23,762 bases of DNA from Octopus sinensis (lineage: Eukaryota), in the NCBI RefSeq assembly GCF_006345805.1, contig NW_021836526.1, positions 1-23,762 on the forward strand. Reading direction: 5' to 3'. Positions 1 to 10,576 of this stretch are shown in pieces. Each line of letters opens with the position of its first letter. Within the stretch, counting starts at the first letter, position 1. The notes beneath the pieces are model-generated. The model saw nothing but the letters and a program-made list of their open reading frames with translations. It did not search any database and was not told the origin of the DNA. Made by a program: the position numbers and the translations under genes.

Positions 1-4
1 GTAA

Positions 5-319
5 TAGGCGCAGGAGGTGGCTGTGTGGTAAGTAGCTTGCTTACGAACCACACGGTTCTGGGTTCAGTCCCACTGCATGGCTCCTTGGGCAAGTGTCTTC
101 TACTATAGCCTCGGGCCGACCAAAGCCTTGTGAGTGGATTTGGTTGACGGAAACTGAAAGAAGCCCGTCGTATATAAATGTTTGTATATGTTTGTGTGTC
201 TGTGTTTGTCCCCCCCCCAATATCGCTTCACAACCGATGGTGGTGTGTTTACATCCCCATAACTTAGCGGTTCGGCAAAAGAAACCGACAGAATAAGTAC
301 TAGGCTTACAAAGAATAAG
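5..319 (+). mobile_element. tRNA-derived CORE-like SINE (family A), 3'-truncated
   Basis: Head TAGGCGCAGGAG.TGGCTGTGTGGTAAG...GGGTTCAGTCCC and CORE-like CCTTGGGCAAGT. Closely matches 1493-1900 and 8423-8836. Confidence 0.8.
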
Positions 320-409
320 ACACTTTCCCAAGGTACCACGCAGTGGGACTGAACCCGGAACCATGTGGTTGGTAAGCAAGCTACTTACCACACAGCCACT
401 CCTGCGCCT
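320..409 (-). mobile_element. Head fragment of SINE family A, inverted against the preceding copy
   Basis: Reverse complement of ~5-95. Confidence 0.75.
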
Positions 410-411
410 GA

Positions 412-620
412 CCGCGTGTGTACCGTTGGCGATTTTTTTCCCCTGTCTTCCCTTCTCTGGATCTTTCCTTCTCCTATGTCTCCGACGAAGAGCTCCGCTC
501 GAAACGTTAAACCCTCCTTCTTTCCTTCTTTCCCGAGCGTCCAATAATACTATATTTGTTCCACGTCCTCGCGTTGTTGTGTTTTTTTGTGCTTTCTTGT
601 TTGGATTAACTTTATATATA
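412..620 (+). mobile_element. Penelope-like pLTR fragment carrying a hammerhead-like motif
   Basis: ~200-bp repeat also at 6777-6970, ending in (TA)n. Contains CCGACGA-A-GAGC-TCC-GCTC-GAAACGTT. Confidence 0.55.
477..512 (+). ncRNA. Minimal hammerhead-like motif, second copy (one stem I mismatch)
   Basis: GTCT-CCGACGA-A-GAGCTCCGCTC-GAAACGTT-AAAC. Confidence 0.45.
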
Positions 621-829
621 TATGATATTTGTCATGTGAACTACGATGAAACAAATATGAAAAAGGTGTGGTACATATATTTTTTTCTGTGTAGGGGATT
701 CTTGAGACATGTAATTTATTTTAAGGGTTACGTAAGGGATAAAAAAGTTGAGAAAACCAGCAAGCCTCCACTTGAGAACAATTATTTTTCACAAAAGCAA
801 CATGGTTTCCTACTCTCTTAAACTGAACC

Positions 830-1243
830 TATTTATTTATTACCCACAAGGGGCTAAACACAGAGGGGACAAACAAGGACAGACATAGGTATTAAGTCGA
901 TTACATCGACCCCAGTGCGTAACTGGTACTTAATTTATCGACCCCGAAAGGATGAAAGGCAAAGTCGACCTCGGCGGAATTTGAACTCGGAACGTAACGA
1001 CAGACGAAATACCTATTTCTTTATTACCCACAAGGGGCTATACACAGAGGGGACAAACAAGGACAGACATAGGTATTAAGTCGATTACATCGACCCCAGT
1101 GCGTAACTGGTACATAATTTATCGACCCCGAAAGGATGAAAGGCAAAGTCGACCTCGGCGGAATTTGAACTCACAACGTAACGCGGACGAAATACCGCTA
1201 AGCATTTCGCCCGGCGTGCTAACGTTTCTGCCAGTTCGCCGCC
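830..1243 (-). mobile_element. tRNA-derived SINE (Meta-domain-like), head + 2 tandem bodies
   Basis: 19-bp TSD TACTCTCTTAAACTGAACC at 811-829 and 1244-1262. Bodies at 830-1013 and 1014-1196, head at 1197-1243. Has box-B-like GTTCAAATTCC and core GCCTTTCATCCTTTCGGGGTCGATAAATTAAGTACCAG. Confidence 0.85.
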
Positions 1244-1492
1244 TACTCTCTTAAACTGAACCGTCTCCAGTTCCGCTATCCTTTTTGTACGTCAGTGTCC
1301 TCTTGGCAATGTGTCCGTGAAGTGGTTGCACCATAACTCGTATTTATTCAGGTCACATTACGAACTGCGAATCTGCAAATGCCATCTCTTCAGATCCTAC
1401 GCATCCTGCTCGTGGGGTTGTTTGTGCTCTGATAATGACGAGCTTGGAATGTTCTAGCGTCATACAAACTACATGTTGTTGTATTCACCTCA

Positions 1493-1900
1493 TAGGCGCA
1501 GGAGTGGCTGTGTGGTAAGTAGCTTGCTAACCAACCACATGGTTCCGGGTTCAGTCCCACTGCGTGGCATCTTGGGCAAGTGTCTTCTGCTATGGCCCCG
1601 GGCCGACCAATGCCTTGTGAGTGGATTTGGTAGACGGAAACTGAAAGAAGCCGTCGTATATATTTATATATATATATGTGTGGTATATTTTGTGTGTCTG
1701 TTTTGCCCCCCTAGCATTGCTTGACAACCGATGCTGGTGTGTTTACGTCCCCGTCACTTAGCGGTTCGGCAATAGAGACCGATAGACTAAGTACTGGGCT
1801 TACAAAGAATTAGTCCCGGGGTCGATTTGCTCGACTAAAGGCGGTGCTCCAGCTTGGCCGCAGTCAAATGACTGAAACAAGTAAAAGAGTAAAGGGAGTA
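1493..1900 (+). mobile_element. Full-length SINE family A
   Basis: Head, CORE-like box, internal (TA)/(TG) tract, and tail GGCGGTGCTCCAGC..GGCCGCAGTCAAATGACTGAAACAAGTAAAAGAG. Confidence 0.85.
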
Positions 1901-2223
1901 TATGTAGAATGCATTAAAATCATTACATTTGCGGGTTTATTTACTGTACGAGAGATTATTATATGGCGAACCTAACTAGCCAGAGAAGGTTTTTGTATAA
2001 CTAAGGGCAAGTCCGATAGAGTCACCCCAAACAGCAATGGGCCATGACAGGTCCCTGTGTACCCTTGAGGTATCACGGTTAGTTGTAATCATCTCATCTG
2101 ACTCCTGTCTCTTGAAGTCATGCAACCACCCGTATTAATTTCACAGCTTTGCTGAGATCACAGTTTGTGACATACCACCTTGTGGTCGAATTTATCGAAG
2201 ACTTTCACGATATAATGTGGGGG

Positions 2224-3555
2224 TGTGAGACGTTTTGTCACAGCTGTTTTGGCGCCGCCTATTTTGCGTCACTAATTCGACGCTGGCCTATTTCACATCG
2301 CGAGGCGTTTTGGCACAGCTGTTTTGGTGTCGCTAAATCGACGTTAACTTATTTCATTCACATCGTGAGACATTTTGGCGCCGCTTATTTGGTGTCGCTA
2401 ATTCGACGATGAGTTATTCCACATCGTGAGACGTTTTGACACAGCTGTTTTGGCGCCGCCTATTTTGCGTCACTAATTCGACGCTGCCTATTTCACATCG
2501 CGGCGAGGCTTTTGGCACAGCTGTTTTGGCGCCGCTATTTTGCGTCACCAATTCGACGCTGGCCTATTTCACATCGCGAGGCATTTTGGCACAGCTGTTT
2601 TGGTGCCGCCTATTTTGCGCACTAATTCGACGCTGGCCTATTTCACATCGCGAGGCGTTTTGACACAGCTGTTTTGGGCCCGCCTTTTTGCGTCACTAAT
2701 TCGACGCTGGCCTATTTCACATCGCGAGGCGTTTTGGCACAGCTGTTTTGGCGCCGCCTATTTTGCGTCACTAATTCGACGCTGGCCTATTTCACATCGC
2801 GAGGCGTTTTGGCACAGCTGTTTTGGCGCCGCCTATTTTGCGTCACTAATTCGACGCTGGCCTATTTCACATCGCGAGGCGTTTTGGCACAGCTGTTTTG
2901 GCGCCGCCTATTTTGCGTCACTAATTCGACGCTGGCCTATTTCACATCGTGAGACGTTTTGTCACAGCTGTTTTGACGCCGCCTATTTTGCGTCACTAAT
3001 TCGACGCTGGCCTATTTCACATCGTGAGACGTTTTGTCACAGCTGTTTTGGCGCCGCCTATTTTGCGTCACTAATTCGACGCTGGCCTATTTCACATCGC
3101 GAGGCGTTTTGGCACAGCTGTTTTGGCGCCGCCTATTTTGCGTCACTAATTCGACGCTGGCCTATTTCACATCGCGAGGCGTTTTGGCACAGCTGTTTTG
3201 GCGCCGCCTATTTGCGTCACTAATCGACGCTGGCCTATTTCACATCGCGAGGCGTTTTGTCACAGCTGTTTTGGCGCCGCCTATTTTGCGTCACTAATTC
3301 GACGCTGGCCTATTTCACATCGCGAGGCGTTTTGTCACAGCTGTTTTGGCGCCGCCTATTTTGCGTCACTAATTCGACGCTGGCCTATTTCACATCGTGA
3401 GACGTTTTGACACAGCTGTTTTGGCGCCGCCTATTTTGCGTCACTAATTCGACGCTGGCCTATTTCACATCGTGAGACGTTTTGGCACAGCTGTTTTGGC
3501 GCCGCCTATTTAGCGTCGCTGATTCGAAGCTGCTTTATTTGACATGAGGCGTTTT
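2224..3555. repeat. CpG-rich 75-bp tandem satellite, ~17-18 copies
   Basis: TCGACGCTGG recurs at 2701, 2776, 2851, 2926 and 3001. The centre is homogeneous and the ends are degenerate. Confidence 0.95.
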
Positions 3556-3961
3556 GATGTTGGTTCGTTTTGAACCACTCGCTTCCACACTGTTTCCTTC
3601 TACCAAATTCGCTCTCACGGGCAATGATCGGCCCGAGACTATTGCAGTATATATTTGCTCAAGGTGTTACTCAATGGTAATGAACTCGCAACCTCGTGGT
3701 TGCAAAGTCAAGCTTCTTAACCACACGAACCATTTTTTTTTGGGGGGGGGGGGAGGGGGAATCTTATATTTCTGGTTTGTAACAAACCTCTAACATTTAG
3801 TAGTAATATCTATGTGATGTGCAGGTGAATATTGGTGGTGGCCAACTTGGACTGGCATTTGTGGCGTGACCCTGAGTACAAATGCACATGGTTTTTGACA
3901 CTGGTACTGCATCTGCTGCAATTAAATCAGTTGCTGCACATTATCTTATGCAATATTCAAA

Positions 3962-4950
3962 GGCGGCGGGCTGGCAGAACCGTTAGCACGCCGGGTGAAA
4001 TGCTTTGCGGTATTTCGTCTGCCGTTACGTTCTGGGTTCGAATTCCGCCGAGGTCGACTTTGCCTTTCATCCTTTCGGGGTCGATTAAATAAGTACCAGT
4101 TACGCACTGGGGTCGATGTAATCGACTTACTCCGTTCGTTTGTCTGTCTGTCTTGCTTGTCCCCTCTGTGTGTAGCCCCTTGTGGGTAGTAAAGAAATAG
4201 GTATTTCGTCTGCCTTACGTTCTGTGGGTTCGAATTCCGCCGAGGTCGACTTTGCCTTTCATCCTTTCGGGGTCGATTAAATAAGTACCATTTACGCACT
4301 GGGGTCGATGTAATCGACTTACTCCGTTCGTTTGTCTGTCCTTGCTTGTCCCCTCTGTGTGTAGCCCCTGTGGGGTAGTAAAGAAATAGGTATTTCGTCT
4401 GCCGTTACGTTCTGGGTTCGAATTCCGCCGAGGTCGACTTTGCCTTTCATCCTTTCGGGGTCGATTAAATAAGTACCAGTTACGCACTGGGGTCGATGTA
4501 ATCGACTTACTCCGTTCGTTTGTCTGTCCTTGCTTGTCCCCTCTGTGTGTAGCCCCTTGTGGGTAGTAAAGAAATAGGTATTTCGTCTGCCGTTACGTTC
4601 TGGGTTCGAATTCCGCCGAGGTCGACTTTGCCTTTCATCCTTTCGGGGTCGATTAAATAAGTACCAGTTACGCACTGGGGTCGATGTAATCGACTTACTC
4701 CGTTCGTTTGTCTGTCCTTGCTTGTCCTCTGTGTTTAGCCCCTTGTGGGTAGTAAAGAAATAGGTATTTCGTCTGCCGTTACGTTCTGGGTTCAAATTCC
4801 GCCGAGGTCGACTTTGCCTTTCATCCTTTCGGGGTCGATTAAATAAGTACCAGTTACGCACTGGGGTCGATGTAATCGACTTACTCCGTTCGTTTGTCTG
4901 TCCTTGCTTGTCCCTTCTGTGTGTAGCCCCTTGTGGGTAGTAAAGAAATA
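3962..4950 (+). mobile_element. Same SINE, head + 5 tandem ~188-bp bodies
   Basis: 10-bp TSD AATATTCAAA at 3952-3961 and 4951-4960. Head 3962-4008. Units start at 4009, 4200, 4389, 4577 and 4763, each with GGTATTTCGTC. Confidence 0.9.
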
Positions 4951-4960
4951 AATATTCAAA

Positions 4961-5288
4961 TGCGTCTGGGATCGTTGTTGAAGGGGAGACTAACCGACCC
5001 CTTCACGATGTGATAGCTTCACTGAAGGCCTCCGTTGTTCAGGTGATGCCCGAAATGAAAAAAAAAAAAAGGACCATTTAGCGCTGGCATGTCAACGAGT
5101 CCGGTCTCGCTTTGAAACAGTCAACGAAGTTGAAGACGGATTTATAGAATAATCTTACTTACAAGAAAGCGTATCGAAAACATTTGCATGAATTTTTTTT
5201 TATCAAAATACATTTGGATTTTTGGTAGATTAGAATTGCTTTATTAAATTACCAAATATGTTCTCGAATCTTTCTTGCAACCTGTATA
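4961..5288 (+). mobile_element. Tc1/mariner-family transposon 3' relic
   Basis: Degraded translation ...VVEGETNRPLHDVIASLKASVVQVMPEM..KDHLALACQRVRSRFETVNEVEDGFIE*, a typical Tc1/mariner C-terminus. Ends ...CAACCTG-TA. Confidence 0.7.
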
Positions 5289-5322
5289 TGTGTATATATG
5301 TTTGCATGTGTGCCTGTGCATG

Positions 5323-5377
<55 letters not shown>

Positions 5378-5760
5378 TATATGTGTGTGTGTGGTGTGTG
5401 TATTTATGTATGTATATATATATATATGTATTATGTATATACATATATATGTATGTATTTAAGTATGTATATATATGTATATATATATATATATATATTT
5501 ATGTATATGTATATATATATATGTGTGTATTTATGTATATGTATATATATATATGTGTGTATTTATGTTATGTACATATTATATATATATATGTATTTAT
5601 GTATATGTATATATATTATGTGTGTATTTATGTATATGTACATAATATATATATATATATGTATTTATGTATATATATATATATATGTATGTATTTATGT
5701 AAGTATATATATATATAATATATATATATATTATATATATGTATATATGTGTGTGTCTGT
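5285..5760. repeat. Compound (TA)n/(TG)n microsatellite
   Basis: Seen directly in the sequence. Confidence 0.95.
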
Positions 5761-5904
5761 GTGGTGTTTTAAAATTAATGTAGTTGTAGTAGTAGTAGTT
5801 GTAGTAGTAGCATGTAGTTTCAGCATCGCAGTTTCCTTTCCGCAAGAAGAATATCGACATTTTTCACACAACAGTCATCCAAACACACATACAACCAAAT
5901 ACAC

Positions 5905-5936
<32 letters not shown>

Positions 5937-6405
5937 TGCTTGCTGCTCGTCTGCCAAAGCTCATAATACATTGGCGCATAATCTTTTACTGGGGCAAAAT
6001 GTACATTAGGCCGTCTTTAATTGGGTACCAACCCATAGATGTATTCAGGGAATCTAGCTCTACGAGAGATGCCCTACACGAGATTAAGTCCCTTGGTCGA
6101 GAGTTTTTGCACTTGAAATGGATTCGTGCAGAAAAACATTGCCTCCCCCCTTACTGTAGCTCGGATTGAGTTTCTAGTGAACAGAGATAATTTGTCCCTT
6201 CTTCTCCATGCCCGCAAAACCCTTTTTATTGGGCCTAACACAAGATTTGGGCTCCATTATGTTCCTGGTGCCTGTTTTTCAATTTCGAAGTTAAGAGCCT
6301 TTATTTGGAGATTTACAGCTGGTTACTGGTCTTTTAAGGTGTTTAATTGCTTTGAATGCTTCATCTTTTCTATCTATGATGAGGATACACCTGTGTGTGT
6401 GTGTG

Positions 6406-6640
6406 TGACCTGCATGGGATGGATGCAGGTGTCTTCAAAACAAAAATGGATCTCCTTCTGTCAAGGGTTCCGGATGAACCTAACCCACGGCAGGAAACAC
6501 AGACGAGGGCAGTAACACCAAACTCTCTTATTCATCAACCGCCCCACATAACAGGAGGCTTCAAGTAGTGAAAAATGTAGCAGAGCTTACGGCGGTGCTC
6601 CAGCATGGCCACAATTCTCAAGCTAAAAACTAGTAGAAGT
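6406..6640 (+). mobile_element. 3' end of CR1/L2-like LINE (ORF2 C-terminus + tail)
   Basis: Translates DLHGMDAGVFKTKMDLLLSRVPDEP...NSLIHQ, followed by GGCGGTGCTCCAGCATGGCC, the same tail as SINE family A. Confidence 0.6.
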
Positions 6641-6776
6641 GTGCATATATTCTTTTACTTGTTTCAATCATTTGATTGCGGCCTTGCTGGACGCGCGCAC
6701 GCGAGCATACACACATTATATACACACACGCACAAATATAAAAAATACTTTTGAATATATACATAGATGTGTTTCC

Positions 6777-6970
6777 TCGTGTGTACCGTTGGCGAGTTTT
6801 TTCCTCTGTCTTCCCTTATCTGGATCTTTCCTTTTCCTATGTTTCCGACGAAGAGCTCCGCTCGAAACGTTAAACCCTCCTTCTTTTCTGAGCGTCCAAT
6901 AATACTATATTTGTTCCACGTCCTCGCGTTGTTGTGTTTTTTGTGCTTTCGTGTTTGGATTAACTATATA
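6777..6970 (+). mobile_element. Second copy of the Penelope-like pLTR fragment
   Basis: Highly similar to 412-620. Confidence 0.55.
6841..6875 (+). ncRNA. Minimal type I hammerhead ribozyme-like motif (U4C core variant)
   Basis: GTTT-CCGACGA-A-GAGC(TCC)GCTC-GAAACGTT-AAAC: stem I GTTT/AAAC, stem II GAGC/GCTC, palindromic AACGTT stem III. Confidence 0.55.
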
Positions 6971-7044
6971 TATATATATATATATTTGTCTATATACTCA
7001 CGTATATATATATATATATATATCTATATATATATATATATATG

Positions 7045-7279
7045 TTATCCTTAAATATGTTTCAGCCCGAAAGCTGCGGTCATGCTGGGGAACCACCGTT
7101 GATTGTGCTACAGTGGTATGTGAAACCCTCTCTGATACGTGGCACTTGGACAACAAGGGACTTCGACGCCGCTGCTCGCATCTGTGTTTCCTACCGAGAG
7201 GTGGGTTCATCTGGAACCCCTGACAAGAAGAGATCGAGTTCAGTTTAAAAGAAACCCACATCTCCACACCATGCAGGTC
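7045..7279 (-). mobile_element. 3' end of the same CR1/L2-like LINE
   Basis: Reverse complement is homologous to 6406-6520 (GACCTGCATGG...GGGTTCC.GATGAACC...AGGAAACACAGA), with tail CCCAGCATGACCGCAG...CTGAAACA. Confidence 0.6.
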
Positions 7280-7321
7280 TCTCAGTGTATATGTATTTGT
7301 GTCTATGTATGTGTTTGTTTG

Positions 7322-7354
<33 letters not shown>

Positions 7355-7491
7355 TCATACACGCACATATACATATGCAAAAATGAGTGTATCTCTAACT
7401 GTACACAAACATATACATATATACATACAGAAATGCATATATATTTATAGATACATAATTGTATAATCATATATGCAAATTATATATATGC

Positions 7492-7525
<34 letters not shown>

Positions 7526-7541
7526 GCACACAATTATGTAC

Positions 7542-7572
<31 letters not shown>

Positions 7573-7704
7573 CTTTTTCGGTATACTTCATATACACTGT
7601 GTACATACATATGTATGTATGTGTGTGTATGCGCACGCACACACACACAAACAAATTTATATAATTAATTATTCCTCTGTACGTGGATATATATATATAT
7701 ATAT

Positions 7705-8099
7705 ACATTCATATACACACACACACATATATAAACATTCATACACACACACACACACACACACATATATAAACATTCATACACACACACACACACACAT
7801 ATAAACATTCATACACACACACACACATATAAACATTCATACACACACACACACACATATATAAACATTCATACACACACACACACACATATATAAACAT
7901 TCATACACACACACACACACACATATAAACATTCATACACACACACACACACACATATAAACATTCATACACACACACACACATATAAACATTCATACAC
8001 ACACACACCCATATAAACATTCATACACACACACACACACATAAAACATTCATACACACACACACACACCACATATAAACATTCATACACACACACATA
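7705..8099. repeat. Minisatellite of ATAAACATTCAT + variable (AC)n, ~13 units of ~28-34 bp
   Basis: Seen directly. Sits within a larger TA/CA tract at 7285-8190. Confidence 0.9.
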
Positions 8100-8422
8100 T
8101 AATATATATATATATAATATATAATATATATATATACATATATATATATCATATATATACATACATATACATACACATATATATATATACCGGCGTAAGT
8201 GTATTGTTTGAGTGCATTTATGCTTGAGCACGTTTCGGTGTATGTAATTTTATCTCAGCAAGATTCAGAATGCAGCCGGTAATGGGGAAGGGCGATGAGG
8301 TTTTTAGGGTTAAATGGTATGTATGAGTGTGTTCGTGGCATCTGCATAATACTTGATGTTATAGCAATAATCACAAGGAACAATAAACGTATATCTATAA
8401 TTACGTATGCTGATTATATATA

Positions 8423-8836
8423 CTCTTTTACTCTTTTACTTGTTTCAGTCATTTGACTGCGGCCATGCTGGAGCACCCCCTTTAATCGAGCAACTCGACC
8501 GCGGGACTTATTCTTTTTGTAAGCCCAGTACTTATTCTATCGGTCTCCTTCGCCGAACCGCCAAGTGACGGGGACGTAAACACACCAGCATCGGTTGTCA
8601 AGCAATGCTAGGGGGGACAAACACAGACACACAAACATACACACGCATACATATATATATATAATATATATACGACGGGCTTCTTTCAGTTTCCGTCTAG
8701 CAAATCCACTCACAAGGCTTTGGTCGGCCCGAGGCTATAGTAGAAGACACTTGGCCAAGGTGCCACGCAGTGGGACTGAACCCGGAACCATGTGGTTGGT
8801 AGACAAGCTACTTACTACACAGCCACTCCTGTGCCT
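8423..8836 (-). mobile_element. Full-length SINE family A
   Basis: Reverse complement of 1493-1900. ~17-bp TSD TATG(C/T)TGATTATATATA at 8406-8422 and 8836-8852. Confidence 0.85.
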
Positions 8837-8856
8837 ATGTTGATTATATATATATA

Positions 8857-9158
8857 TCACCGTGACTGACCAGGCTATGAGATGTTGTTACACATCGCTG
8901 GTCACAATGCGCTTCGCATTGTTTTAGCCTTCAAATGACGCCACCCTGCTGGCTAAGCGAGCAGGCCAACAGAAGAAAGAGTGAGGGAAAGTTGTGGCGA
9001 AAGAGTACAGCAGGGATCGCCACCACACCCTGCCGGAGCTCGTGGAGCTTTTAGGTGTTTTCGCTCAATAAACACTCACAACGCCCGGTCTAGGAATCGA
9101 AACCGCGATCCTACAACCGCGAATCCGCTGCCCTAACCACTGGGCCAGTGCGCCTCCA
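8857..9158 (-). mobile_element. tRNA(Arg)-like SINE (family C), tail type 1
   Basis: Minus-strand head TGGAGGCGCA.TGGCCCAGTGGTTAGGGCAGCGGA.TCGCGG...GGTTTCGATTCC with A and B boxes. Body shared with 9271-9598 and 10861-11247. Confidence 0.8.
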
Positions 9159-9270
9159 CACACACACACACACACGTAACTATCTATCTGTAGTTCGCTC
9201 TCTTTATAGATTATTCTTTATAGGTTAGTACGAATAAATGAAGAATCGTTGATGTGCGTACATACATACA

Positions 9271-9598
9271 TTTTTTTTTATTTATGCGCCCTTTTCAAGT
9301 CTAGCCATGTTCATGGTCCCGGTTTCCCGGTTTCTGTAGCTTATGTGTTCCCTGCCGACCCGCCAGCTGGACGGGACGCCAGTCCACCGAAAGCGTTACT
9401 CAAGAAACAGGAAGAGAAAGTGAGAGAAAGTTGGGGCGAAAGAGTACAACAGGGTTCGCCACCACTCCCATCCGGAGCCTCGTGGAGCTTTTAGGTGGTT
9501 TCGCTCAATAAACACACACAACGCCCGATCTGAGAAACGAAACCGCGATCCTCCGACCGCGAGTCCGCTGCCCTAACCACTGGGCCATTGAGCCTCCA
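9271..9598 (-). mobile_element. SINE family C, tail type 2 with oligo(A) end
   Basis: Same head and body. Unrelated tail ending AAATAAAAAAAAA. CATACATAC flanks both sides. Confidence 0.8.
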
Positions 9599-10576
9599 CA
9601 CATACATACGTACATGTACATATACGTAAGTATATAGACAAATATGCATACATGCTTAAATGAACATCTATGTATATATTCAAAAATATTTTTTATCTAT
9701 GTATATTCATATATGTATACATATGTTTATATATTTTTATACACATGCAATACTTATATACGTAATATGTATATATATACATGCATATATGTGTATGTAT
9801 GTACCTACTAGTCTATCTATATATACATAATGATATAAGTATTTATAGAAATTTGCAACGCTCTTCATTTTAATAGAACTCAAATGAGATTTGAGTATGT
9901 CCTGAATGTGACTAAATTGCATCTAGTGGTGGGACCCTGGTTCGAGAGTTCCAGATTTTTGTGGAGTGTAGTACCACCTCTTAACCACAATTGCTCCCAG
10001 GTCAACCCTGACTCGTTGCACCTGACAAGCCCCAGCTACGGGTTAATAAGGTACGGAATTGTTTCTGACAGAAGGTCACTTACAAACGTCCAAGTGAACC
10101 CAGAGCAGATGAGGCTATTCAGCTCTTTACTTGCTTGTCTAAGATAACGTGACACCATAGATTTTCCTGCATTCTGAGGGTGACTGGAAATGTGGTACGC
10201 GTTGCACTCGACCAATACAATTTTGAAGGATGTGAGACAATATGATCGACCCTGCATTCAACATGCCCTTTATAATAATATTCTTTGTGCAGGTTGTTCT
10301 GAAAACCAAGACCCCCAGCACCAACACGCTTTCTTCGTAATTCCATTGACGCTTCAGCTTTGGCCCTACATTCTGGTGGTCATCGGGTGATGGCCGTTTT
10401 CCTCAGATCTTGATCAGATCCTAAAGGGTAAGTAAGAGCTCTGTTAGGTGCAGCACTGCACTCCCCAATCCGGGGAAGGGATTTTGAAGAGAAAATGTAA
10501 ATAAAGCCTGCCCCTCTCTGAACTTGCCAGGCCACCATTCCTGGCTGGTCAGCCAATGATTTAGTCGAAGAAAGAA

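Noticed and set aside
2095-2135. GWLHDFKRQ on the minus strand, resembling a pogo/Tigger CENP-B HTH
   Set aside because: Only nine residues, with a stop two codons upstream. It could be chance.
2149-3410. Repetitive ORFs in the 75-bp array
   Set aside because: They are open only because 75 is a multiple of 3. They lack proper starts and are broken by indels.
4009-4950. Retrozyme (hammerhead-containing tandem repeat) or CRISPR interpretation of the 188-bp array
   Set aside because: I could not find a CTGANGA...GAAA core on either strand of the unit. There are no unique spacers or cas genes. Other ribozyme classes were not excluded computationally.
6030-6340. RNase H-like fragment ([19 protein letters not shown])
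   Set aside because: Too short and decayed to support without a profile search.
5244-8231. YI/HT/CV-rich ORFs
   Set aside because: Translations of microsatellites.
9930-10450. Possible LINE relic (GDW.. and DLDQIL endonuclease-like words on +; LSHILQNC on -)
   Set aside because: The motif hints are short, frameshifted and conflicting. A translated HMM search is needed.
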